A stretch of DNA of 64,000 bases from NCBI RefSeq assembly GCF_006345805.1, contig NC_043002.1, positions 37,262,001 through 37,326,000 on the forward strand, given 5' to 3'. Origin of the DNA: Octopus sinensis. Lineage: Eukaryota. Within the stretch, counting starts at the first letter, position 1, and each line of letters begins with the position of its first letter. A model generated the notes under the pieces. The model worked only from the letters and a program-made list of their open reading frames with translations, ran no database searches and was not told the origin of the DNA. Positions 38,391-51,599 of this stretch are shown here, one piece after another. Position numbers and translations under genes: made by a program.

Positions 38391-39274
38391 CCTCTGAGAC
38401 CTTTAGCTAGACATTGTAATGCAAAACTCTAGATATTTTTGGTGACTGTATCTTAGTGCTGCTGAAATTTTGTTGAAGTAGATAGCTTAACCTGTCCACA
38501 CCGGATGATGGTTCTTGAAGTTTCTGTTTAAGAAGAAGCTTTGCAAATCTAGAATATGTGTGTCTAAATTCTATGTAGATGATTCCTGTATGTTAAACAG
38601 AAATGAAGGTAGGTTATCATGTGCTTGCGTTGGCATGTACTTGGAAGTAAGGTAACGGTATGATAGTAATTGATGTATGAAAGGAAATGTGTGGGTGACA
38701 TAATATATATAATATCCAACCTTACTTACTACCTCTTCCCAGGCTTTGCCTGAGTGTGTTAGTTTATATGCAATATGACTGTGTGTGTAAACATACGAAA
38801 GACATGTTTATATATATATATATTTATATATGTGTATGTGTGTGTGTGTATACATATACATATATATATGTATGTATATATATATATACACACATATATA
38901 AACATGTAATTCATATATTTGAAGATATACAAAAAGTGTGTGTACATGTACAAAGTTTATGTGTACATATACAAAACTTGTGTATAAATTGTATATATGT
39001 ATAAATACACAATACATTGTATATGCTCACACACACACACAAAGAAAGACGATAGAAACTGAGAAGTCTGTAAAAGAGAATTTTTACAGAAGATTGAGTT
39101 TCTATTAAAATACACACATACAGACATAGACATATATATATATATATATAAATATGCAGACATGTATGCATGCATATATACATATATACATACATGCACT
39201 CAGACTTACATATATATATATATATGCATACTCTCATCTACCTAAAGTTGCAAAACATATCTTTCACACACACG

Positions 39275-39317
<43 letters not shown>

Positions 39318-39800
39318 GCACACACACACACATACACACACACACACACACACGTGCACACACACGTACACATATTCCATTTGCTAAGTAAAACAATGGT
39401 AACCATGAATGAAAATTTTCTAAAGTCTGTTGTCAACTTCACTTAAGAGAATATCATTATTATATATGAATAACACTTAAGTTTTTTATTCGATACTTTC
39501 GGTCTTTAATATACATCATGGTAAAAATAACCCCTGCTGACAAACATGGAATATTAATTCTAGTTTGATATGTAATTATTTTGCTTAGACTTTACAAGAA
39601 ATTTCATATGGCGTCTCTTCTGTATTTACATTTTGATGTTTTCATGGTCTTGGTTCCGAGCGCGTTAAAATTAAAATTTTCTGTTAAGTATATTTTACTT
39701 TGGAAACGAATAAATAAAACAGAACAAAAACGAAAAATCTTAGTCCTTATTGAAAAAAGAAAATGAACTTAGTGCTAATAATTTGTGCGCAGTGCAGCTA

Positions 39801-39847
<47 letters not shown>

Positions 39848-39908
39848 CATATATATATATATACACATATATATACATACATATATATATATATACGCAT
39901 ATATATAT

Positions 39909-39943
<35 letters not shown>

Positions 39944-40062
39944 CTGGTGTTTCTATGGTCTTGGTTATGACTTTGTTGAAATTAAGATTTCTGTTAAATA
40001 TTAGATTTTTTACTTAGGAAATAAAGACGTAATAATAATAATGATGATGATGATGATGATGA

Positions 40063-40550
40063 TGCAACGCCTGGATGCAATACCAGGTAGTGGCTCTGGT
40101 GGCTTCTGTTCAGTTATGATTGAAAGTGTTATCATGTATATGTTCTGTCTTGTTGCAAAAGATGGGCTACAGCAAATATTCTGCTCGATACCACAGATAT
40201 GCTTGTCAGTTGCTTGACCTTAACTAGTTGAACCTTAGTGGCTAATGATATGTGCATCTCTGATCATGAGCAGGTGTAGTGGGAGAGCACCATAGCCATG
40301 TTTTGAGAGGAATTAATTGGGGTTTGAATAATTCACCCGTTGAAAGATGGGTGTTTCATTCATCGTCCTTAAATATCCTTATTCAGGGACAATTTGAGAG
40401 GGGAAATAGGCATAAAACCTAGTTTAGTACAGCTCCAAATAATAGTGTTATTAGGGACAGCTAGCATATTAGGAAGGTTTTTGGCATCTAAGGTTACTTT
40501 TTGTAGCCCAATGTTAGGAATTTACTCCAACAAATGAAATAATAATAATA
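40063..40550 (+). mobile_element. R4/Dong-like (RLE non-LTR) remnant between TAA/TGA triplet repeats
   Basis: About 40407-40490 encodes IGIKPSLVQLQIIVLLGTASILGRF, resembling the R4/Dong terminal motif LQK.VLLGTARILRKVL; TAA repeats on both sides. Confidence 0.6.
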
Positions 40551-40806
40551 ATCCTTTCTACTAAAGGATGAAAGGCAAAGTTGGCCTCAGTAGGATTTGA
40601 ACTCAGAACGTAATAATAATAATTTTGGGGGATGGGGACTAGTTGATTACATTGACCACAGTGTTTCACTGCTACTTAATTTGCTGACCCCGAAAGGATG
40701 AAAGGCGAAGTCAACCTCAGCAGAATTTGAACTCAGAACGTAGCAATGTGTGAAATACCATTAAGCATTTCACCTAGTGTACTAATGATTTTGCCAGCTC
40801 ACCACC

Positions 40807-40808
<2 letters not shown>
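40551..40808 (-). mobile_element. Two family A SINE pieces in a (TAA)n tract
   Basis: AAAGGATGAAAGGC at 40563 and about 40693. Confidence 0.8.
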
Positions 40809-40872
<64 letters not shown>

Positions 40873-41973
40873 TTATAATAATAATAAAAATAATAATCTT
40901 AGTTCTCAGAATCTGGTTCCCCCTCTTTCTACAATATACCATTGCTAATTATAAATAACACCCATAGTAAAATGTCCAACTTGCTGTTACTTAGGTCTTT
41001 AGGTGAGACTTAGACCAGCTCATACAAAACACAACAACAACAACAACAACAATGATAATAAAACTGATAATAATAATAACAATAGTAGTAGAATAAAAAG
41101 CAAAACTTGGTTTTTGTTGGAAAAGAAAATGATCTTATCAGTAAGAATTTTTGTGTAGCACAAAATGCTATTTAAAATGTTACAGTCAATGCTAATATGA
41201 GAAGATTTGTGTAGTGTTTACGTCAAATCAAATATGCAAGGCAGAGCTTTGAGTCCAATCACTATGGATTATTGTGCATGAGGCAACAAGTTTTTGGCAG
41301 AGAAAGCAGTAGAAACCCAAACATATAACTACAAAGTATTATATTTAGCAATTCTTTTTTTTTATTTATTGTAATTAGCTTTGCAATAAATAAGCTGTGG
41401 TTCAGTACATACAAATTTCATATACACAGTTACATGGTACATATACACCTGTGCACAGTCCAACACTTACTTATGCATACATACCTGTTTGCATGTGAGA
41501 TGAGCCAACACTTTAAGCCAACTCTTAGTGCGATCATTTGAGTAGCTAGAAATGACAACCAAATTTTTCTCTAATCTCACTCTACTGAATTTAGAAGGAA
41601 AGGATACATTGATAATGTTGTCCTACATATGCCACGTTCCCTGAGATACCCTGAGGAGATACTCTGATCATAGTTCTGCTCTCTCAGGGTTAACGTGGGG
41701 CTAAATAGCAATGACAATACAAGGGCATCTCACTCATTCACTCACACACACACACACACACACACATACAACACTCATGCTCACACACACTTGCACAAGC
41801 ACTCACACACACATATGCTCACTCACATGTGCACACATGCATGTGCACACACATACACCACACACACACATACACATACATATACACACAACACACACAC
41901 ACACACACACACAAGCCTTCAGGCAATTCTACCAAAAACTGTAAAATAGTTCTTGTCATGTTCTTCATTTCAG

Positions 41974-42010
41974 GTGTCGCATAAGGCTGGTATGATGAAA
42001 ACTATATTTG
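41974..42010 (+). other. Candidate 37-nt internal exon
   Basis: TTCTTGTCATGTTCTTCATTTCAG|GTG...TTTG|GTGAGC; only one frame is open (VSHKAGMMKTIF). Confidence 0.35.
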
Positions 42011-42339
42011 GTGAGCTGGTTAAGATAACCTAGTCATAGAACAGTTGAGGGGATGTGTGTAATATATCAGAGTTACTTAATCCCATATTGACCCTAACAG
42101 AGCAGACTTATGACCAAAAGTGTTCCACCCTTGACAAGCCTATAATTCAAAACATTCTGTGACCATCATGCTATTTTTTCTTGATCAGTCATATGCATCT
42201 TGTAGCCTGTGGGACCTTCAGAATGGTACACCTACTGAAAAATTTCCATTAATGTTTTTGGTAGTGTGGCTTGCCTAATGATGAACCAAGTCTCATGGGG
42301 CCTACTTCAAGAAAATAGTTGCCAATGCTTCCTCAAGCC

Positions 42340-42563
42340 ATATTGGTTTCAAATTTTGGCAATAAGGTCAGCAAATTTTGGTATAAGGTCAGAGAGGGCA
42401 AGTAAGTTACATCGACCCTAGGGCTCAACTGGTACTTATTTTATAGACCCTTGAAAAGATGAAAGGCAAAGTCGACCATGGCAGAATTTGAACTTAAAAT
42501 GTAAAGATAGGTTGTTAAGCATTTTGCCCAGCATGCTATTCATTCTGCCAGCTCACTGCCTTA
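42340..42563 (-). mobile_element. SINE family A
   Basis: GATGAAAGGCAAAGTCGACC...GAATTTGAAC...TTCTGCCAGCTCACTGCC. Confidence 0.8.
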
Positions 42564-43249
42564 GCCTGATATAGACATATTATAACCTTGATTAGAATAT
42601 AAAATGTGCATTTTTGTCTTCTAGGATGGTAGAGTGAGATTTGAGAGAGATTAGACTGATTTTTTCTAGCAAGTTCAATGACTGTGCAGGGGTTTCTTTG
42701 ATTCAAGGAGTCCAAGACTTCATACAATAATTAAACTCATAACAATAGTCAATGTGACTGTAATCATGACCTCTATATATGCCCTACAAGTAAGGTTATT
42801 ATTGGTATCGCAAAAAAACCCAAGAACAGAAAAGAAAAACCCAAACAAAGAAATGATAAAACAAGTAAAAAAAACACTGACTCTATGAGTCTATCTGGAG
42901 CAGTCTATCTCAAGAATTAATTCCAACAATATTGTAATATTATAACTGGTAATTTAAACGGTCATATTCAAGAAGCTACAGGATGAGTCTATGTGAAATA
43001 ACAAAATAAGTGCCATGAAGGTATATGACGAAATGAAGAAGGCTCAGACTTCAGAAAGCCTAATATCCAATTGGGTGCTAGCCTACCTCTCTGGTGAGCA
43101 CGAAAGGGAAATTAAATCTGTATTTAACAAAAACAGAAATGTCAGATGCTTGTGATAAGGGTGGTTGCAGACTTTGTGTTGGGACTGATGAAGACTGAGA
43201 AGAAAAAAAAAAGCAAATAAGACAAAAGAAAATCTATACCAAAGAGTAT

Positions 43250-43425
43250 CACCACCAGCACCAGCACCAGCACCAGCACCACCACCACCACCGCCGCTGC
43301 TGCCGCTGTCCCTGCTGCCCCTGCCACCAGCGCTGCCGCCACCACTGCCACCACCACAGCCACCACCACCACCACCACCACCGCCACCACCATCACTGCC
43401 GCCGCCGCCGCCACTACCACCACTG
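43250..43425. repeat. (CCA/CCG/GCA)n trinucleotide tract
   Basis: Direct reading; source of the poly-G/V ORFs. Confidence 0.9.
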
Positions 43426-43949
43426 TTTAATGCCTCTTTTTCCAAGCAGGCATGTTTTTACTGCTAGATGCTCTTCCTAATGCCAACCATTTTGCAGAGT
43501 GTACTGGGTGCATTTTTTTGTGTGACACCAGTACTAGTGAGGTCACCAAGTACCCCAAAGCAAGACCCCTTAACTGCGAGGGGTATAGTATTGGAGAGTG
43601 TGAAATTTATGATAGAGGGGAAATCTCATAAACAACAGAAAATGATGCATTCCAAAGGAATAACCTGCTGCAATGCCTGGACTCGTTCTAGGGATGGGTT
43701 GGGGCTTTACCTAAATAGGGAGTGACAAGGTGGAGGAAATAGTTATAAGAGTTGTTATAGTCCGAGAAGATATGGAAGAGAGGAAGTATCAGGTTAAAAT
43801 ATTAAAAAGCTTGATAGAAGAAAAAAGCTGCAAGTGGGTTGTTTGTTTATGTTTGGCATTATGTGGATAGCTTTGAAATGCAAAGCAGTGTGTTTGTATG
43901 ATCCATAATGTTACTGGAGTTAAATGTAATTAAAATTTGGAAGAGTAAC

Positions 43950-44425
43950 AGTCATCATCATCATTGTTTAACGTCTGTTTTCCATGCTGGCATGGGTTGG
44001 ACGGTTTTACTGAGGGCTGGCAAGCCAGTAGGCTGCACCAGGCTGTTCTAGGCTCGAATCTGATCTGGCAAGGTTTCTACAGCTAAATGCCCTTTGTAAT
44101 GCCAACTACTCCGAGAGTGTAGTGGGTGCTTTTTACGTGCCACTGACATGGGGTCCTGTCAGGCAGTACTGGCATTGACCACGTTTGGATGGTGCTTTTT
44201 ACGTGCCACCAGCACAAGAGCCAGTCAGGGGTCACTGGTATCAACCACGTTCGGATGGTGCTTTTTTTACATGCCACTAGCATGGGGATCCAGTCAGGCA
44301 ACACTGGCATTGACTCACACTTGAATGGTACTTATTACGTGCCACCAGCATGGGTGCCAGTCAGACAGCATTGGTATCGACAACAACTACAATTTCCTTT
44401 TAGATTTTGATTTTGATTCTGATTT
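43950..44425 (-). mobile_element. Family C element, most complete copy, 4 tandem ~66-bp units
   Basis: Units start at 44125, 44191, 44257 and 44327; on the minus strand an (AAATC)n-like 5' end and (GAT)n tail. Confidence 0.85.
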
Positions 44426-44529
44426 GAAAGGAAGTAACTCAGAAATGTCATAGAATGGATCACATGAGTGGGATATTGAAAGACTACTTCAGTGAAGCTG
44501 ACAGAAGGTTAGCTTAGGTTTGTCATGAG

Positions 44530-44740
44530 CTCTAGGATTCATGAGATTACAACACTCCCCACTGAATGGCATGCTAGTCTGTCAAAGGGCCAACTTCCCA
44601 GCTATTACTAGGATTAATTTACCACTGAGTGGACTGGAGCACTGTGAAATAATGTATTTTGCTCAAGAACACAACAGACTGCCTGGTTCAGAAATATTTT
44701 GATCGTGAGTGCAGTACTAACCATTATCTACTGAGCCATG
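44530..44740 (-). mobile_element. SINE family D, diverged
   Basis: CTGAGTGGACTGGAGCACTGTGAAAT...TTTTGCTCAAGAACACAAC. Confidence 0.7.
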
Positions 44741-45369
44741 TTAGCTATTGAGGTAAAAACTTCAGTATACTTTTTAATACTGATATTAAAGCAATGAAAG
44801 TAGAAACAGCAGATCCAACTGGGATTGTTGCTAGATTTTGAATGCATTCAGCTAGGTAACTACTGTTTGCTTAGTTGTTGATTGTTGTTAGGCTCCAGGC
44901 CAACTATGACTGAACAACGGCTATGATGAAAGACGTTCCAAAAATGAGTATTGCATATTTTTATTCAGGACTATATTGTCAAATGTATGCCTCACTTTTT
45001 AAGTTAATAAGATGTATTTGAGGGAGATTTAGCCACTATTTCTGGCAGATTGAACAACCATGAAGATGATTCCTTGTTGACTCATAGTTGCTCAGCAAAG
45101 AATAAACTACTTCACTTTCTTGTCTGTTTAAATGATTTATAGTCGAGTGAAGTGTTTAGATGAATGGGTTTTTTTCCCACTAGAATTATATTTTATATCA
45201 AAATTAATTAAAATAGCGATGTTGGTTACAGGTTTTCAGTGAGCTAGATGTAATGGAGTAGTTAATAGTAGAAGCACCCTGAATATAGAACTTCTCAAAT
45301 GGTATCATGAGAGACATGTTACCCATATGATCCGATCAGTTCTAATGCTGGTTGTAGGAAATGCATAAA

Positions 45370-45720
45370 GTGAAGAAGCAGAGGAAGACATTTAGTAAGT
45401 TAATACCATAGTTGTCAATAAAGAGGTTCTTTCTCAGGACAGTAGCAGGTGATAGGAAGCTTTTGCAAAAGAAATGTGACGTTGCATCATAAGAAAACAT
45501 TAGGCATAGGATGTAGAAGGTCTGTGGAGGCTGGAGAAGAAATGAGGTGAGCATGTTTTGTAATGTATAAAGGACAGAGCAAAATTGAGCTGAGAGAGCA
45601 GCTGGGTATTAAAGGCTTTAGCCAATGTATACAGGTGAGTCAACTACGAAGTTATGAAAATGTTTATGGTAATGGAAAAGGAAATCTGGGTGGAAAAGTG
45701 CCATGATAGTTCAAGAGGGA
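45370..45720 (+). mobile_element. Decayed RTE-clade LINE fragment
   Basis: Frameshifted RLE.NEVSM...LREQLGIKG..CIQ...WV.KC, similar to 9950-10560. Confidence 0.55.
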
Positions 45721-47027
45721 CCCACAACTGAATATTGTTCCTTATGATTGCGTTGCTGCGATGCACATGAATATCCTTGTCTACTTTCAAATGAAAACTA
45801 CCTGATTAAATAGTACAAGTCCCTAAACTATACACTTCAACATCTGACCTGCTGATGTGCCATCCCCTCATGTCACCTTTACTACTGTTACTACTATTAC
45901 TACTCTTACAGTAGTCGTTGCTTCTAAGCTGCTTGCTTATCAGCTTCCACCAATCCAATCCAATATAATCATATCTCCTCCTCTTGTAACTTATACATGT
46001 TCTCTCAAACCAGGTCCTGCACTAACAGCTGTCCCTGAGCCCTTTCTCTCCAGAATGTCATGTCATTCTCTGGGATTTTCCTCCCCACTGCACATATCTT
46101 TTCTGCAATCACAGATGTGCAAAAAGCCTGCAAAGATCAAGGACAAGGATACAGTCTTTACCCTCTGACTAAACCAAATAAAAGACATGGGAAGAAGTAA
46201 AAAAGTCAGATCTCAAGATGCTGAGCTTCACAGAGGATATGACAAAATATTGAGATTAGTGCTATCATACATACAGTACAACAGACTCAAACAATTTCTG
46301 TCAGCATGAATAGATGGACATTAATATATTAATAACGATAAGTTAGATGGTGTAGAACAGACACCAGTATTTTGACACACCTGTTGTACACACCTGCCAT
46401 ATTGGTTTGTTATAAAAGCAAGCTGCATGCATGAGTTAAGAAGTTAGGCAGTAACAGATTTAGTATGAAATTTAGAAAAGAGATACAGAGAAGATAAAGG
46501 GAGAGAAAGACAGGAGATGGAGAGAGAGAAAATGAGAGGAGAGCGAGAGAGAGGAGAGAGACAAAAAAATCCAAAATAAACAAAAATCTTACTTGGTCAA
46601 AATATACTCTGCAACTCTTTTTATTATAATTTTTTAAACATGGAACAAAAAAGAACAATGAAGGTGAATGGTCAATAATTGTAGCCAATCCAATAAAAAT
46701 ATTTGTACCAAATTAATTTAAAGGTTGTATCTAATAAATAATTAAAAATAAAATTAATTAAGATAAATAACTCAACAGGGCCAATAGTATGAATTATGAA
46801 TTTGAATAAGTAAGTCCAAAGTTGATGAACTGAATGCTGTATGTGAAAAATTCTTAACTGAAATTTCCCTCGTTGTTGGAGAAAGAAACCAAAAACCTAG
46901 CAGTAATTCTTAGCAATGCTCAAAGAAAATGGGAGATTATTTCAAGAAATTGGGCATTAATTTCTTAAGTAACGTCACATACTTAGTGAAAGGAGTGTCT
47001 GAATCTTCTTCCCAGGCAAAGGACAAC

Positions 47028-47215
47028 ATTGGATACACATTTTGGTTTGTTACACCTCATCAGCAGAGCGCAGTATAAGAAGCCTGCCAATCATCTGACG
47101 TAAATTTCCAGTTATAGAAAAAGAATTACAAATAATTTTGGCTAGTATAATTTGCATAAATTTTGAAAGATAAAATGAGCTATGGCAAATAACTCAAAAT
47201 GTAATTTGTGATAGA
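47028..47215 (-). mobile_element. Possible Penelope 3' end with decayed hammerhead
   Basis: Minus strand NLCKLY*PKLFVIL (cf. C.LC..EK..I), then CTGATGA-GGT(GTAACAA)ACC-AAAA-TGTGTA-TC with GAAA mutated. Confidence 0.4.
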
Positions 47216-47263
47216 AAATATTGTATGTTTATTTGTGTGTGTATGTGTATGTGTGTGTATGTA

Positions 47264-47336
<73 letters not shown>

Positions 47337-47406
47337 TATAAATATATATATACATATATATATGCACACATATATATACACATATATATATTCATACACA
47401 CACACA

Positions 47407-47526
<120 letters not shown>

Positions 47527-47836
47527 AATATATATATACACATATACATACACATGTAAATAGATAAATAGTGCATATGTATTGCTTGGACTTTCCTGTC
47601 ATAGATGATAGATGAGGGTTCTGTAATTTCTTGCTGAACAACCTGCATACATGGTTTGTTTATAGTAATTCAATGTTTGTGCTATATATTAGTCCACTCT
47701 TTCCATCAAATTGACATTGTCTGTATTGGTGCACAGTGTTCCACACTTCAGGTGTCAAAGTGATCAGAGAGCAATGTATGATGAAGTCTTTTGCTCAAAT
47801 ACACATTGCATCAGATAATACAGAAATTGAAACCTA

Positions 47837-49126
47837 TGAGGTGGTATCGAAATGTTCATGAACTAGTTCTGTAGCATGTCAAAAGATGGCAGCACATGGT
47901 TGCAAGTTCAAAGAGAGCTAGCCGTGACCTTCATGAGGCAGTGTGCTGAGTGACATCACCGGGTTTACTTCTCAAATTGTGAAATTTGTGTTTTTGTGAT
48001 CACATGTATTCTGTACTCTGAGATTTCGTCATGGACAAGAACAAAGAGCCAAAGTGAAGTTTCACATTAAACTTAGGAAGTCTGCTACAGAGACATTGAG
48101 CATGCTCTGGCAAGCTTATGGTGATGAGAAAATGGGTTGTTTGTGATGCTTTGAGTAACAGGAACCAATGCCAGAGCTGCAGCTCAATCAGGAGGATGCT
48201 CATCATGTTTTTGACATCTGTGGTATTACTCTTTTTTTACTCATTTTACTTGTTTCAGTCATTTGACTGTGGCCATGCTGGAGTACTGCCTTTAGTCGAG
48301 CAAATTAACCTCAAGACTTATTCTTTGTGAGCCTAATACTTATTCTATCGGTCTCTTTTTGCCGAACTGCTAAGTTACGGGGACGTAAACACACTAGAAT
48401 CGGTTGTCAAGCGATGTTAGGGGGAAAAACACACACACAAACACATACACACACACATATATATACATATATACGACGGGCTTCTTTCAATTTCTGTCTA
48501 CCAAATCCACTCACAAAGCTTAAGTCGCCCCGAGGCTATAGTAGAAGACACTTGCCCAAGGTTCCACGCATTGGGACTGAACCCGGAACCTTGTGGTTGG
48601 TAAGCAAGCTACTTACCACACAGCCATTCCTGTACCTATTGTGCATTGAGACAACATCCTTCAGGGCTAGACCATCAATTGAGAGTTCTACTGTGACATT
48701 TTAAAGCATTTGAGGGAGAACATTTGGTTAATGCAGGAAGAAATGGATTCTTCTCAGCAATAATGCACCCTGCCACTGAGCTCACCTCACTCATGAGCTT
48801 CTCACGCAAAACATGATATCACTCCTGCACTCACTCTATTCACCAGATTTAGCACGTGTGGACTTCCATGTCTTACCCAAGATAAAAATGCAGCTCAAAG
48901 ACCACTGTTTTAATAGCATCATCAAGATCAAGACTAAATCACAGAAGGTCCCCAACCTTCTAATGGAAAACAGCTTCCAGACCAGATTCCAAAAGCAGCA
49001 GGAATGATGGCACCAGTGTATTGCTCTTCAAGGTAATTATTTTGAAAGAGCTGATGTTAAAAGTTAGGTAAATAAGTTATTTTTTATTAAACAGAACTAG
49101 TTCTGGAACTTTTTGATACCATCTCA
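47837..49126 (+). mobile_element. mariner (DD34D) transposon, internally deleted and interrupted by a SINE
   Basis: TIRs TGAGGTGGTATCGAAATGTTCATGAACTAGTTCTG / CAGAACTAGTTCTGGAACTTTTTGATACCATCTCA; EQRA.VKF..KL.KSATETL.ML..AYGD, NNAP.H and YSPDLA..DF motifs. Confidence 0.9.
48230..48635 (-). mobile_element. SINE family B nested in the mariner
   Basis: Full-length reverse complement interrupting the transposase relic. Confidence 0.9.
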
Positions 49127-49177
49127 CAGGAGTACAGTGTGTCCACACATCAGGTGTCAAGGGAACAATGTATACAC

Positions 49178-49628
49178 TCTCTTTTATTCTTTTACTTGTT
49201 TCAGTCATCTGACTGTGGCAATGCTGGAGCACCACCTTTAGTCGAGCAAATCGACCCCAGGACTTATTCTTTGTAAGCCTAGTATTTATTCTATCGGTCT
49301 CTTTTTGCTGAACTGCTAAGTTATGGGGATGTAAACACACCAGCATCGGTTGTCAAGTGATGTTGGGGGGACCAACAGAAACACACAAACATATACATAC
49401 ACACACACACATATATATATATATATTATATATATATATATAATATATATATATATACACATATATACGACGGGCTTCTTTCAGTTTCCATCTACCAAAT
49501 CCACTCACAAGGTTTTTGGTTGGCCCGAAGCTATAGAAGAAAACACTTTGCCCAAGGTGCCACTCAGTGGGACTGAACCTGGAAACATGTGGTTGGTAAG
49601 CAAGCATCTTACCACACAGCCACTCCTA
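49178..49628 (-). mobile_element. SINE family B, full length
   Basis: Reverse complement of family B. Confidence 0.9.
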
Positions 49629-49632
49629 TATA

Positions 49633-49706
<74 letters not shown>

Positions 49707-49789
49707 GTAAATGTGTGTAAGTCATATGTTATTATACACCTGTAATTACACTCCATTTCCTTGCATATTGTTGTTGTCACATCCTGCGG

Positions 49790-50005
49790 GCTATGCAGGC
49801 CTGTAGTGTTTAAAGGATTGAGACCTCAATGTTCTCCCTGAATTAAACGTCAGTCGATCACAGAGTACTTCATTTACTGGTGGACTAAAGCAATGTAAAA
49901 TGAAATGTTTTGCTCAAGAACGCAATGCAATGCGCAGTCCAAGAATTGAAACCATGATCCCATGATCACGAGTGCATCATCCTAACCACTATACCAGATG
50001 CCTTT
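49790..50005 (-). mobile_element. SINE family D
   Basis: TTTTGCTCAAGAACGCAA...GAATTGAAACC...CCTAACCACTA. Confidence 0.7.
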
Positions 50006-50608
50006 ACATGTATGTGCATGGGTGTGTATGTAAAGGCATGTGGTCTACATCTGTGTGTGTGTGTGTTTGTATATGCATGTGTATATGTATGCATCATCAC
50101 TATCATCATCATCATCATCTCAACACTTAACATCCACTTTTCCATGCTTGCATGGGTCAGACAGTATTTGGTAAGGCAGGTATTTTCTACAGCTGGATTT
50201 CACTTCCTGTTGCCAACCCTCCCCTCTTTCCAAGCAAGCTAATATTTCCTATGGTCAGACATGTTTTTTTTTGGAAATGAACAAACATGGAAATAGCTGT
50301 TTTAGCAGGTGGGTCAATTTCAGATCAAAACATTCTTTGCCTAGAAAGTTGGTTTCTGTTCTGTTTTATGGTTCACAAAAGAATGCTTGTAGCTGAACTA
50401 GTCAGTACTGGTATTATCAGATTTCTAGTATTGAAAGGCGATGTTACTATAATTATTCATTGATGATTTTTTAGTCAGTTTCTACCTTGGTCCTTTGTAT
50501 TTATATTTTACTTTTGCAGACAAATGCACATGCATAACTACATGATATTACCTATAAATCCAGAATATACAAGTATATGATGCATTTTCTATGGTTATAT
50601 GAAGATGT

Positions 50609-51176
50609 GTGGAGGCATGTGGCTTAGTGGTTAGGGTATCAGCACCATGATCGTAAGATTGTGGTTTCGATTCCTGGACTGGGCAATGTGTTATGTTCTT
50701 GAGCAAAACACTTCATTTCACATTGCTCCAGTCCACTCATCTGGCAAAAATAAGTAACACTGCAATGGACTGGCGTCCTGTCCAGCTGGGTAACACATAT
50801 GCCATAGAAACCAGGAAACCGGGCCCATGAGCCTGGCTAGGCTTTAAAAAGGGCGCATTTTTTTTATATGAAGATGTGAGAGACTTGTATATAATTGAAA
50901 TTAGGGTGTCAGCACCATGATCGTAAGATTGTGGTTTTGATTCCTGGACCGAGCAACGCGTTGAGTTTTTGAGCAAAACACTTCATTTCATGTTGCTCCA
51001 GTCCACTCAGCTGGCAAAAATGAGTAACGCTGTGATGGACTGGTGTCCTGTACAGCTAGGGAACACATACGCCATAGAAACCAGGAAACTAGGCCCTTGA
51101 GCCTGGCTAGGCTTTAAAAAGGGCGCATTTCTTTTTCATATGAAGATGTGAGAGACTTGTATATGATTGAAATTAG
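50609..51176 (+). mobile_element. SINE family D with a ~270-bp tandem duplication including its 3' flank
   Basis: GGAGGCATGTGGCTTAGTGGTTAGGG...GGTTTCGATTCC head; TSD TATGAAGATGTG; body and flank repeated from about 50901. Confidence 0.85.
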
Positions 51177-51599
51177 GCATGTATGCTTACATGTGTATGG
51201 CTGTGTGCATATAAATATATGTATATATGTATATAAATATGTGTGTGTGTGTCTGTGTGTGCATTTGCATATATGTAAATATATGTATACACACACAAAC
51301 ATATATACAAACACACACACTCATACTTTATGGGTGCATTGCTTAACCTAATTACATAGGTATATGTGTAAATATATACATATGCATATGGGCAGAGATA
51401 TATGCACATCTATATGTTGATGTGCATATATATTGCTATATTTATGTATGACATATTGTTTACACATGCATATTTTCTTATAGATCAAGTTACCAAATAA
51501 AATACATCATACTTGTACATTCAGCTGGATGTATAAGCAATACCATGTAGTTACATGTATGTATTTGGCTATAAAATATGATATAAATACAAATAGCCA

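Noticed and set aside
42960-43160. Open stretch MKVYDEMKKAQTSESLISNWVLAYLS with a GTGAGC donor-like site
   Set aside because: No convincing acceptor or recognised homology; may be a decayed transposon ORF
44125-44395. CRISPR-like or HDV-ribozyme reading of the 66-bp units
   Set aside because: The 'spacers' are homologous to each other, the context is eukaryotic and there are no cas genes. An HDV fold gives plausible P1 and P3, but P2 and J4/2 do not fit cleanly.
50611-50685. tRNA-like sequences at the heads of family B and D repeats
   Set aside because: They run directly into SINE bodies and lack a proper acceptor stem; not functional tRNA genes
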